Shown here: one piece after another, positions 44,267 through 53,800 of the stretch
How the letters are laid out: each line of letters starts with the position of its first letter
Numbering within the stretch: the stretch's first letter is position 1
Assembly: GCA_963775555.1 (NCBI GenBank)
Contig: CAVZJJ010000004.1
Coordinates: forward strand, 30,814-94,813
DNA from: an uncultured Bacteroidota bacterium
Lineage (GTDB): Bacteria; Bacteroidota; Bacteroidia; AKYH767-A; 2013-40CM-41-45
Reading direction: 5' to 3'
Length of the DNA stretch: 64,000 bases
Translations under genes and position numbers: made by a program
The notes under the pieces: generated by a model
Databases searched by the model: none
The model's input: only the letters and a program-made list of their open reading frames with translations
Told to the model about the DNA's origin: nothing

Positions 44267-44272
44267 ACTTTG

Positions 44273-44318
44273 ATTCTGCATGATATCCGATTTAAGATAT
44301 CATGCAGAATTTATTCTT
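44273..44318 (+). terminator. intrinsic terminator of the giant gene
   Basis: A perfect 15-bp stem (ATTCTGCATGATATC at 44273-44287 with GATATCATGCAGAAT at 44296-44310) and an 8-nt loop, followed by TTATTCTTG. It begins 7 nt after the TAA stop. Confidence 0.8.
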
Positions 44319-44576
44319 GCGATAAAAGCCAGGCTTGAAATTGGAAAGAGCGATTGATGTCAAATATTGTAGGGTTTTCAATCGAGGACTTGGGATTTGA
44401 TAAATTCATCGAGTATTATCGAGGTTTTTTTAATCCTTGGATAATAATTTGATAATTATTAAGGTGCTAAAAAATTATTCAGCTTTGACTGGATAAAGCA
44501 CCTCACCACATTTGAAAAAATGATTTCAGCTCAGGCCGTTTAACAGCTTAGCATGATTTTGTTTTAGCACAAATTC

Positions 44577-46481
44577 TCAGGAAAGAATAGCTCCTGCTTT
44601 GATATCATCGACCACACCGGGATCGAGGAGGGTAGTGGTATCTCCCAAATTCGAAGTATCTCCTTCTGCGACTTTTCTTAAAATGCGACGCATTATTTTA
44701 CCTGAACGTGTTTTAGGCAGACCACGAACCACCTGAATTTTATCCGGCTTCGCAATAGGGCCAATTATTTTATTGACCATAGCTGCTATCTCTTCACGCA
44801 ACATGGGGATGTCTTCGTGCTCCTTGGTGCAGATCACGTAAGCATATATGCCTTGGCCTTTGATGGGATGTGGGAATGCTACCACTGCCGATTCAACAAT
44901 ATCAGGGTGTTGATTGATGGCATCCTCCACTTCAGCCGTACCGATTCGATGCCCTGAGATGTTCATCACGTCATCCACCCGGCCGGTAATCCTGTAATAT
45001 CCTTTTTCATCGCGTTTGCAGCCATCTCCTGTAAAATAAAGATCCTTATAGGTTGCAAAATAATTTTGCCGGCAGCGTTCATGATTTCCATAGGTGGTGC
45101 GTATCATACCTGGCCATGGAAAGCGAATACAAAGATTCCCTTCTACATTGTTTCCTTCAATTTCGATCCCTTCACTATTTACAAGCAAGGGTTGTATTCC
45201 GGGAAGTGGGAGGGTGGCATAACTTGGTTTCAAGGGTGTGATTCCTGCCAATGGAGAAATCAGGATGCCTCCGGTTTCAGTTTGCCACCAGGTATCAACG
45301 AGGGGACATCTTTCTTTTCCAATGTTTGTATGATACCAGTGCCATGCTTCCTCATTGATCGGTTCCCCAACGGTTCCCAGTACGCGCAGAGAATCCAGTT
45401 TGTAGGGTTTTACGAAATCCAGGCCATAAGCTTCCAAAGCACGGATGGCAGTAGGGGCAGTATAAAATATATTCACCTGGTGCTTGTCTACAATTTCCCA
45501 AAAACGTCCGGCATCGGGCCATGTTGGGATTCCTTCAAAAAGTACAGTAGTGGCTCCGGACAGTAGTGGCCCGTAGATAATATATGAATGACCTGTGATC
45601 CAGCCAATATCTGCTGTACACCAGTATATATCACCCTGTTTGTATTGGAATACATTTTCAAATGTATAGGAGGTATAGACCATATAGCCACCACATGTAT
45701 GCACGACTCCCTTCGGCTTTCCTGTGGACCCGCTTGTGTACAGAATAAAGAGCATGTCTTCAGCATCCATTTCTTCAGCCGGACAATCAGCATCGACTTT
45801 CCGTAATTCATCATCCCATAAAACATCACGGCCTTCGATGATGCGTATGTTACTATCTGTTCGTTGCAAAACAATTACCCTTTGAACGGAGGGGCAAACT
45901 TCCAGTGCAACATCTACGATATCTTTAATTTGAATTTCTTTTCCTCCTCTGTAAGCCCCGTCACTGGTGATCACGATTGAACAGTCACTGTCCTGGATAC
46001 GGTCACTTATAGAGTTCGCCGAAAAGCCGGCAAACACTACAGAATGTATTGCGCCAATGCGTGCACAGGCAAGTATGGCGACTGCTGCTTCCGGAACCAT
46101 TGGCATGTATATGCAGATACGATCCCCCTTTTGTGCCCCGTTATTTTTCAAGACGTTGGCGAAACGGCAAACTTGCTCGTGCAATTCACGATAAGTGATT
46201 GAACGGCTTTTTTCCTTTTTTGCATCATTGGGTTCCCAGATAATAGCTATCTGATCGCCTCGTTCTTTCAGATGGCGATCAAGGCAATTTTCAGTAATGT
46301 TCATCTTGCCATTCACAAACCAATTCACAGTGGGATCAGAAAAGTTCCAATCAAGCACCCGGTCCCATTTTTTTCTCCATGAAAAATGTTCTGCCTTATC
46401 TGCCCAGAATGCTTCCGGGTCCTGAATACTTTTTGAATATTCAGACTGATATTCTTCGAAGCTTTGAATTAGAAATGCCAT
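44577..46481 (-). CDS. acs: acetyl-coenzyme A synthetase
   Basis: 634 aa with AMP-binding motifs YTSGSTGKPKGV and YWCTADIGWITGHSY, and the C-terminal LPKTRSGKIMRRILRK. The match to Acs is end to end. Confidence 0.93.
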   Translation of the reverse strand: MAFLIQSFEEYQSEYSKSIQDPEAFWADKAEHFSWRKKWDRVLDWNFSDPTVNWFVNGKMNITENCLDRHLKERGDQIAIIWEPNDAKKEKSRSITYRELHEQVCRFANVLKNNGAQKGDRICIYMPMVPEAAVAILACARIGAIHSVVFAGFSANSISDRIQDSDCSIVITSDGAYRGGKEIQIKDIVDVALEVCPSVQRVIVLQRTDSNIRIIEGRDVLWDDELRKVDADCPAEEMDAEDMLFILYTSGSTGKPKGVVHTCGGYMVYTSYTFENVFQYKQGDIYWCTADIGWITGHSYIIYGPLLSGATTVLFEGIPTWPDAGRFWEIVDKHQVNIFYTAPTAIRALEAYGLDFVKPYKLDSLRVLGTVGEPINEEAWHWYHTNIGKERCPLVDTWWQTETGGILISPLAGITPLKPSYATLPLPGIQPLLVNSEGIEIEGNNVEGNLCIRFPWPGMIRTTYGNHERCRQNYFATYKDLYFTGDGCKRDEKGYYRITGRVDDVMNISGHRIGTAEVEDAINQHPDIVESAVVAFPHPIKGQGIYAYVICTKEHEDIPMLREEIAAMVNKIIGPIAKPDKIQVVRGLPKTRSGKIMRRILRKVAEGDTSNLGDTTTLLDPGVVDDIKAGAILS

Positions 46482-46660
46482 AATCTCTGTATTGAAATGC
46501 TAATGTATGAAATTGGATCTTTTTCATTGTGATATCTTGATATTGAGCGATTTCCTCTGTTTTTATGTTTTTTTATCCTATCTGCACATTGCTTCCCGGT
46601 AAATGTTTCATTTTTTCAGCTGACGAGTGCGTGACCTGAGAATGATTAAGGAAGATTTTT

Positions 46661-46668
46661 TACTTTTG
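46661..46668 (+). promoter_or_regulatory. candidate -7 promoter box (TACTTTTG) for the RRM gene
   Basis: Matches TAnnTTTG and ends 4 nt before the ATG at 46673, which implies a leaderless mRNA if functional. Confidence 0.3.
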
Positions 46669-46672
46669 GGGC

Positions 46673-46918
46673 ATGAAATTATTTGTCAAGAATATTGAAG
46701 GATCAGTGAATGAAATTTTGCTTGAATCCATCTTTAAGCAGTTTGGGGAAGTGCTTCAGACTAAAATTATCTACGATACCATCACCTGGGAATCGCGCGG
46801 ATTTGGATTTGTTGAATTTCGCAAGAAGGAAGAGGCCTTAAAAGCTATTGAAGAATTGAATGGAAAAGAACTGGTGGGTAAAAAACTCATGGTGTCTGAA
46901 GCCATAGAAAAACGTTAA
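46673..46918 (+). CDS. RNA-binding protein with a single RRM domain
   Basis: 81 aa with RNP-2 (KLFVKNI) and RNP-1 (RGFGFVEF) motifs. Confidence 0.85.
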   Translation: MKLFVKNIEGSVNEILLESIFKQFGEVLQTKIIYDTITWESRGFGFVEFRKKEEALKAIEELNGKELVGKKLMVSEAIEKR

Positions 46919-47108
46919 GACTCTTCAATTCCGGAAAGGCGAAAATATTATTCTTATTTATTCCCTAAAACCAGATTATACTTTTACCTGACACATGTCG
47001 GCTAATTCATAATTTTCCGTTTTTTTATTGCCTGCTTAGTCATTAAATATAAAACAGAATAAAGGAATTGATTTCCCGTTCAATGTTAATACGGATATGC
47101 TCTGCTGT

Positions 47109-47116
47109 TATCTTTG
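47109..47116 (+). promoter_or_regulatory. candidate -7 promoter box (TATCTTTG)
   Basis: Matches TAnnTTTG, 21 nt upstream of the ATG at 47138. Confidence 0.35.
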
Positions 47117-47137
47117 TTCTGAATGTAAATAAAACGG

Positions 47138-47830
47138 ATGCGATCAAAAGTTGGTAAATTTGTGTTACTCTTCTTTATCTGCGGAAGCATTTTCTCAGCT
47201 ACATCTTCGAATGCTCAAATACTGGACACTATTCAATACAGTCTTTCTCAAAGGCCCAAACTGTTTTTTAATTTTGTTCCCTTCAATAGTTATATCAGCC
47301 AGAACATCGCCACTTTCAGCGGCATCCGGGTTGGATTGAATTATAATAAACGGGTGAAATTCGGTCTGGCTTATTTCGGATTAACAAATAGCTCCGTGGT
47401 AAGTCCTATTACGATTGAAGATGACGGGCCTGCCTATACCACCTCCGGAGAGTTGAATTTCCACTTCTTCAGCATCACGGCAGAATATATTTTCTATCAT
47501 AAGGATCCCTGGCAACTCTCATTTATTCCCTTTCAGCTGGGATTTGGGAGGGCCAGTTATGATTATATCCGCAGGTCGGAAAGTAAACGAGTAAGCACGC
47601 ATCCGGAATCGGTGATGATTTTATTTCCTGATTTTAGTGCACAATACAGTATTCTGAACTGGCTGGGACTCGGTTCATCTTTAGGGTATCGCTTCTCGCT
47701 GAACGGTTCAAAAAATGTGAGGGAAGATTTCAATTCACCTACATTTTCCCTTACCTTGAAAGTGTTTGTGGATGAATTGTACATGATGGCTTTCCCTAAT
47801 GGATTAAAAGCAAAGACGAAAAGCCGGTAA
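47138..47830 (+). CDS. hypothetical secreted protein, possibly an outer-membrane beta-barrel
   Basis: Has a signal peptide (cleavage ...SSNA|Q), alternating hydrophobic beta-strand-like segments and an aromatic-rich C-terminal part. I recognise no family. Confidence 0.5.
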   Translation: MRSKVGKFVLLFFICGSIFSATSSNAQILDTIQYSLSQRPKLFFNFVPFNSYISQNIATFSGIRVGLNYNKRVKFGLAYFGLTNSSVVSPITIEDDGPAYTTSGELNFHFFSITAEYIFYHKDPWQLSFIPFQLGFGRASYDYIRRSESKRVSTHPESVMILFPDFSAQYSILNWLGLGSSLGYRFSLNGSKNVREDFNSPTFSLTLKVFVDELYMMAFPNGLKAKTKSR

Positions 47831-47875
47831 TAATTTTCCTGCATTTATTAAGTTAATTTGTATAGGCCTGTATGC

Positions 47876-47883
47876 TATCTTTG
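47876..47883 (+). promoter_or_regulatory. candidate -7 promoter box (TATCTTTG) for ruvB
   Basis: Matches TAnnTTTG, 14 nt upstream of the ATG at 47898. Confidence 0.4.
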
Positions 47884-47897
47884 AGAGGAAATAAAAC

Positions 47898-48926
47898 ATG
47901 AACAACCCGAATTTAGACCCGACAGGCAGCGATTTTGCAGCTGCCGACAAAGAGATTGAAAAAGTGCTGCGCCCGCAGGGATTCGAGGATTTCACCGGCC
48001 AGCCAAACATCATCAGCAATCTATTGGTTTTTGTGGAAGCTGCAAGACGACGTGAAGAAGCACTGGATCATGTCTTGTTGCATGGCCCTCCCGGCCTGGG
48101 AAAAACCACTCTGGCTTATATCCTTGCCAACGAACTGGGCGTGAATATTAAAACCACTTCGGGACCGGTCTTGGACAAACCTGGCGATTTAGCCGGATTA
48201 CTGACCAACCTGGAGCCCAATGATGTGTTGTTTATCGATGAAATCCACCGATTGAGTCCGGTTGTCGAGGAATATCTGTATTCCGCTATGGAGGATTACA
48301 AAATCGATATCATGATTGAATCCGGGCCGAATGCCCGCTCTGTTCAGATCAAGATCAATCCTTTTACACTGGTAGGAGCCACCACACGATCGGGTTTGCT
48401 CACGGCTCCATTAAGGGCTCGTTTTGGGATTAAATCCCGTCTTGAATATTATGATTCGATTCTCCTCGAAAAAATTGTAAAGCGTTCTGCAGGCATATTG
48501 CGCATTCACATCGAAGATATTGCAGCCAAAGAAATTGCAAGACGCAGTCGAGGCACCCCACGAATTTCCAATGCATTATTGCGACGCGTGCGTGACTTCG
48601 CCCAGATAAAAGGCAATGGGATCATTGACCTCCCGATTTCCCATCATGCACTGCAAGCCTTAAATGTGGACCAGCATGGATTGGATGAGATGGATAATCG
48701 CATCTTGTCGGCCATCATCGAAAAATTCAAAGGCGGGCCTGTAGGACTCACGACTATTGCTACCGCTGTAAGTGAAGAAGCCGGAACTATCGAAGAGGTA
48801 TACGAACCTTTTCTCATTCAGGAAGGTTATTTAAAACGTACGCCGCGTGGAAGAGAAGCCACTGAGCTTGCTTACAAACACCTTGGAAAGATCGCCCCAT
48901 CGCAAACCGGCGGACTGTTTTCCTGA
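47898..48926 (+). CDS. ruvB: Holliday junction branch migration DNA helicase RuvB
   Basis: Has Walker [10 protein letters not shown], Walker [10 protein letters not shown], sensor motifs and a C-terminal winged helix. 342 aa. Confidence 0.95.
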   Translation: MNNPNLDPTGSDFAAADKEIEKVLRPQGFEDFTGQPNIISNLLVFVEAARRREEALDHVLLHGPPGLGKTTLAYILANELGVNIKTTSGPVLDKPGDLAGLLTNLEPNDVLFIDEIHRLSPVVEEYLYSAMEDYKIDIMIESGPNARSVQIKINPFTLVGATTRSGLLTAPLRARFGIKSRLEYYDSILLEKIVKRSAGILRIHIEDIAAKEIARRSRGTPRISNALLRRVRDFAQIKGNGIIDLPISHHALQALNVDQHGLDEMDNRILSAIIEKFKGGPVGLTTIATAVSEEAGTIEEVYEPFLIQEGYLKRTPRGREATELAYKHLGKIAPSQTGGLFS

Positions 48927-49016
48927 CATTTTCTATCTGAGAGACAAAGCCGATTGGCTAAGTGGGCATAAGCCATAACCGGCCTGTAATTATATCCTGT
49001 TATTCCCAAATTATTC

Positions 49017-49958
49017 ATGAGTAAACAATCCACTGAAGCAATTCGTTCCAAACTGGTGAAGGAGGAAGCATTGCGTCTCGGTTTCGACTTTTGTGGAATT
49101 TCACGTGCAGATTATTTAGAGGAAGAGGCACCACGTCTGGAGCAGTGGCTTTTGCAAGACAGGCAGGGGAAGATGGCCTACATGGCCAACCATTTCGACA
49201 AACGACTGGATCCGAGGAAGCTGGTTGATGGAGCCCGTTCGGTGATTTCACTTTTATACAATTACTTCCCGGCTGCGAAGCAGGAAACTACAGATGCACC
49301 TAAGATTTCAAAGTATGCTTATGGTATCGACTATCATTTTGTAGTCAGGGAGAAATTGAAGGAATTGTTGTTGGTACTACAAGAAAAGATAGGGGAGATA
49401 AACGGCCGTGCATTTGTCGACTCAGCGCCTGTATTGGAGAAAGCCTGGGCAAAGAAAAGTGGTTTAGGTTGGATAGGAAAAAATGCAAACCTCATCACAC
49501 GTCAGCAGGGATCTTTTTTTTTCATTGCCGAGTTGATTGTGGATCTGGATTTCAGTCCGGATGGACCCATTGAAGATTACTGTGGTACCTGCACCCGATG
49601 TATTGATGCCTGTCCGACGGAGGCCATCATAAAACCTTATGTGGTGGATGGGAGCAAATGCATTTCTTATTTCACCATCGAATTGAAAGGGGAGATTCCC
49701 TTATCAGAGAAAGGAAATTTCGACGACTGGGTATTTGGTTGTGATGTCTGCCAGGATGTATGTCCATGGAATCGCTTTTCCAGGGTACACAAGGAGAAAC
49801 TATTTGAACCAAAAGCAGAATTGATGCAAATGAAATGGCAGGACTGGGAAGAAATTTCCCGGGATGTGTTTAATAAAATCTTCGATTCGTCCGCGGTTCA
49901 GCGAACGGGCTATGAAGGATTGAAAAGGAATCTTGACTTTATCAGGAAAACTTCCTGA
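49017..49958 (+). CDS. queG: tRNA epoxyqueuosine(34) reductase
   Basis: 313 aa with two 4Fe-4S ferredoxin-type clusters ([12 protein letters not shown] and [11 protein letters not shown]) and typical QueG N-terminal sequence. Confidence 0.88.
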   Translation: MSKQSTEAIRSKLVKEEALRLGFDFCGISRADYLEEEAPRLEQWLLQDRQGKMAYMANHFDKRLDPRKLVDGARSVISLLYNYFPAAKQETTDAPKISKYAYGIDYHFVVREKLKELLLVLQEKIGEINGRAFVDSAPVLEKAWAKKSGLGWIGKNANLITRQQGSFFFIAELIVDLDFSPDGPIEDYCGTCTRCIDACPTEAIIKPYVVDGSKCISYFTIELKGEIPLSEKGNFDDWVFGCDVCQDVCPWNRFSRVHKEKLFEPKAELMQMKWQDWEEISRDVFNKIFDSSAVQRTGYEGLKRNLDFIRKTS

Positions 49959-50127
49959 ATACGTCCATGATAACGTCGGAGTAGGTAGCGAATGACGCTA
50001 CACACCAGACCTTCAGTAATAATCTTTCTTCCTTTTTGAGGAGTCGCAACGCTTTTATGAGTTCTTTTCGAAACAGACTTTTGTCGAAACTAACCTTGGT
50101 CAGAATTTGCTTGGTGTATTCAAACAT
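49942..50127 (-). CDS. small hypothetical helical protein (61 aa)
   Basis: An ATG ORF convergent with queG, overlapping its last 17 nt. It is basic and helical ([21 protein letters not shown]). I vaguely remember similar small ORFs in Bacteroidota but cannot verify that. Confidence 0.35.
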   Translation of the reverse strand: MFEYTKQILTKVSFDKSLFRKELIKALRLLKKEERLLLKVWCVASFATYSDVIMDVFRKFS

Positions 50128-50543
50128 ATTACTAAGCTTGGTTTTTAGTTAGACGAATATACACAACATCCGATGAGCTGTCAAGGATAAATAACGTACA
50201 AATCTCATTTTTATTACATCATTTTTTGTGAATAATCTAATACATAGAGAATCAAGTACATAAAATTGAATAAAAAAGGGCGATAAAATTCTTATGAACA
50301 GGAGGCGGTGGAAACGAGTATTTTCGCGGTTTATCAGGCATTTTTATTCTGTTTTTTTTGACAATTCTATGATAATCCCGGGTCAGATTAAAGGAATTCC
50401 AGGCATTTGATTTTTACGAAAGTGTTTTTTTTCTGAAAGTATCATCCCCTTTCCATAGGATTATTTTTTTCTTCAACCGAAGGCGTTTGGTAAATTAATA
50501 TTATGATTAAAACTTGTGAAAATTTATTTGGGTAATAAATTAC

Positions 50544-50632
50544 CCCGCTGCGCAGGATGTTGCCTGATGCGACGGACTTCACTCTAAACTTTGCCGTCGC
50601 AGCTACGTAAGCAGGAACATCCTGCGTAGCGG
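50544..50632. ncRNA. GC-rich nested hairpin element (about 89 nt) in AT-rich spacer; function unknown
   Basis: The outer 17-bp stem is CCGCTGCGCAGGATGTT / AACATCCTGCGTAGCGG with one G-T (G-U) pair. Inside it are CCTG/CAGG and an 8-bp stem TGCGACGG/CCGTCGCA around an 18-nt loop. Confidence 0.35.
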
Positions 50633-50837
50633 ATATTACTTTTTAGATGGGAACAATAGCTCTTTTCTTTTTGCAGCTGAAATAAAAGCTAAAGCAGCGG
50701 ATAATGCTACGGTAGATAAGCTGTCGCAGGGGCTTACACACAACATTTTGCCGAGCTGATTAATTGTTTATTGAAAATGCGAGGGCTGGCATCAACATTC
50801 TAAGATTAACTATAGGTCGAATTGTTGGAATTTGTTC

Positions 50838-50869
50838 AAAAAAAAACGGCCCTAAACAAGAGCCGTTTT
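50838..50869 (-). terminator. intrinsic terminator of the 1,332-codon T9SS cargo gene
   Basis: The minus strand reads AAAACGGC-TCTTGTTTAGG-GCCGTTTT followed by TTTTT. It lies 22 nt after the TAA stop. Confidence 0.8.
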
Positions 50870-50890
50870 ATTAATTCCGATGTTGTTTTT

Positions 50891-53800
50891 TTACTTTTCC
50901 AATACAATCTTTGAAGTATATATTTTTCCTTCTGCTGTAATGAGACGAAGTGAGTAGATTCCGGCTCCTAATGTCTCTGTTGAAACAGTTACTTCTGTTC
51001 CTGCCATTGACATCTTGAAGCTGCATTCACGACCTTGTTGATCGATCAATGAAATTTGATAAGGAGTATTAGATTCTTCAGGGACCTGGATAATAAATTG
51101 ACCGCTGGAAGGGTTGGGATAAACAAAAATTGTTCCTGTAGTTTTTTCAGGAGTGAAAATGCCTGTTGGAGATTCAGGTTCATCAATGATATATATCTGA
51201 AGGATTTGTTCGATAAATAGTCCACCTGCATCGCTGCTTCGTACCCTGATGCTGTATTGTGCCTTCGTTTCATAGTCGAAGCTTAGTGTACTTGTAAGGT
51301 TGCCTGATGAAATTGCGAAGGCAGCATTATCAACATCTCCGGTTCCGCTCACAAGAGTATAGCTATGAGTATCACCAAAGTCGGGATCGGTGGAGGAGAG
51401 GCTGCCAATTGTACTTCCTGAAGCCTGGTTTTCAGCAATGGAATCTCCGGATAGTATTAGTTGTGATGGCATTTCATTTACATCGTTGATGCTAATGTTG
51501 ATGATCTTTTCAAAACTGAGGCCGCCATTATCGGTTGAGCGCACACGAACACTGTAGGAATTATGCGACTCGTAATCAAATGCGGCGATGTTTTGCAGTT
51601 GGCCGGAATTAATCGCAAAAAGTCCATTGTCAATATCCCCAATTCCGCTTGCAAAAGAATAAGTATGTGTATCTCCTGTCTCAGGATCCGTGCTCGAAAA
51701 GGATCCAATAGTTGTTCCTGCGGCCAGGTTCTCATCCAGGGTATTTGCACTGATACTAAGATCTTCGGGTGCTTCGTTTACATTAAGGACTGCAATGGAG
51801 AAGATCTGTTCGAAATAGGCGCCTCCCTGATCTGTACAACGGGCACGAATGCTGTACCATGGTTTATTTTCAAAATCGATGGAGGAATTGCTGAGAAGCT
51901 GGTCGCCGGAAAGGAGAAACTGATTGTTATCTACTGAACCGGGACCTGTAACTAATGAATAGCTCAACACGTTGGCCGTATCAGGATCTGTTCCCGATAA
52001 GGTAGCGATGCTTGTTCCTATTGCTGAATTTTCAGCAATGGTATTATCGGAGATGCTTAATGACGAAGGGGGATTGTTACTATTAATTTGCACTCTTGCG
52101 GCCTCTGAAAACTCCGAATTGTTTCCATTCATATCAATCGCCAGCATACTGATAAAATCCTGTGTGCTTACTTCCGAGAACAGTGTCAGGTCAATGGGTG
52201 CATCACCATTTACATCAGTAACAATATAAGTGCTGCCAAGAAACCGCTCTGCCTGGGCCATTCCAGTGCCGGTGAGCGATGAACCTGCATAGAATGCAAT
52301 TGTGAACTGTTGATTGGGCGTGCTGTTGAAATTGGCTCTGATGTGAACACCTGTATCAACAGAGTCGGCGGAAATATTCTCCGGGTAGTTTTGCAAATTA
52401 TTGTTCGGATTAGTCAGACTGTCAGGGTCTAAATCCTGATAGTCATTTGGAGTGGATCCATCCCAGGCAAGGTCTATAGAAATGTCATTGATGTTGTATA
52501 TGATATTGTTGATACAGGAGTTTCCTGTCCCTGACCCAAATGTAATTACACCGAAATCGGCATTGGCAATAACATTCTGCTCCCCGTTCCCTTCACCTCC
52601 TAATAAATTATCATGACAATTGCCACCTTTGAATTCCACCCCAACACTTGAACTAAGATTAAGTGTTCCGGATGTATCTGTGCCTATATAATTTCCTGAA
52701 ACAATATTGTATGATGATTCATCAATAAAGATCATGCTGTTATTTCCCCCTCCAATAATATTTCCATAACCGGCCAGGCCTACGATGTTGTCATGAGATC
52801 CATCAAGGATGGCGATCCCATCAGATTGATTTGGAAGTGCTGCACTTGCATCTGCATTTATTCCAATATAATTATTCAGAATTGTGTTGTAAGCTGATTC
52901 TGAACCTTGGATATTGATTCCTGCCGAATGATTCCCTGATATTACATTACGCATGCTGATGTATGCACCTCCGATGTTATTGTACGATGAGCTATCCGTT
53001 ATACCAATTCCATTTCCATTCTGATCTATATCAACAAGTCCGGTTTTATCTGTTCCGATATAATTTCCCTGAATCGTGTTATTAATTGTCATACTGCCAC
53101 GCAGGTTAATACCGCCGGCGATTATGTTTTGATCTTCCGGATTTGGACCTCCAATAAGGTTATTGGCACTGCCATTTTCGACAGTTCCGCCGATATCTAT
53201 GCCGGATACACCCGGCAATGGATAGGTTCCTGCAAGGCCGGTATTGCTGACACCAATATAACATCCTTGTATTTTATTTCCATTTCCCTCGCTGATGCTG
53301 ATGCAGGTGCCATTTGCATTATAGATGGCCATGCCTTTCACGGTACTGTTGCTGCTGATCAAAGCCAGTCCCAGGTTCCCATTACAATTCAGATTGATAT
53401 TAATCGTTGCGTTATTTGTTTCTCCTGATGTGGCCGTATTCACCGTCGATCCGGCTTGCGCGGTTCCATTCAGAATGACAGGAAATTTTATTTCGGGAAG
53501 TTCTGCGTTGCCCAGAATTATTTCTTTTGCTCCCGGAGCCCCTGAAATATTAATATCGATGGTGATCGCCGAATCAGCATAATAGGGTGGCCTTGCATTG
53601 GCTTCTTCTATGGCAGAACGGAGACTAATGGTTGTTCCTCCTGCAATTTTAGAGTAGGCATAACCATCACCATTTACCTCATCGCGTGCCGTAGTTGTAT
53701 TGTCCGTTGTGGAGCTAACTGTGAATCCGGTTACAGTATGTTTGTTGAAATGAATGGGAATCCTGACCAGGTCGCGGTCCGAAGCATTGTTAGCCCGTGT

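Noticed and set aside
44273-44310. Could the 15-bp hairpin after the giant gene also terminate the convergent acs gene?
   Set aside because: On the minus strand the hairpin is followed by CAAAGTTTA, not a U-tract, and it lies 266 nt beyond the acs stop. I could not identify a convincing acs terminator.
45066-45566. 166-aa plus-strand ORF and other ORFs antisense to acs; also the 176-aa ORF at 56683-57213 antisense to vanZ and gcvH
   Set aside because: They are fully embedded antisense to genes with unambiguous family signatures, and their products have no recognisable features.
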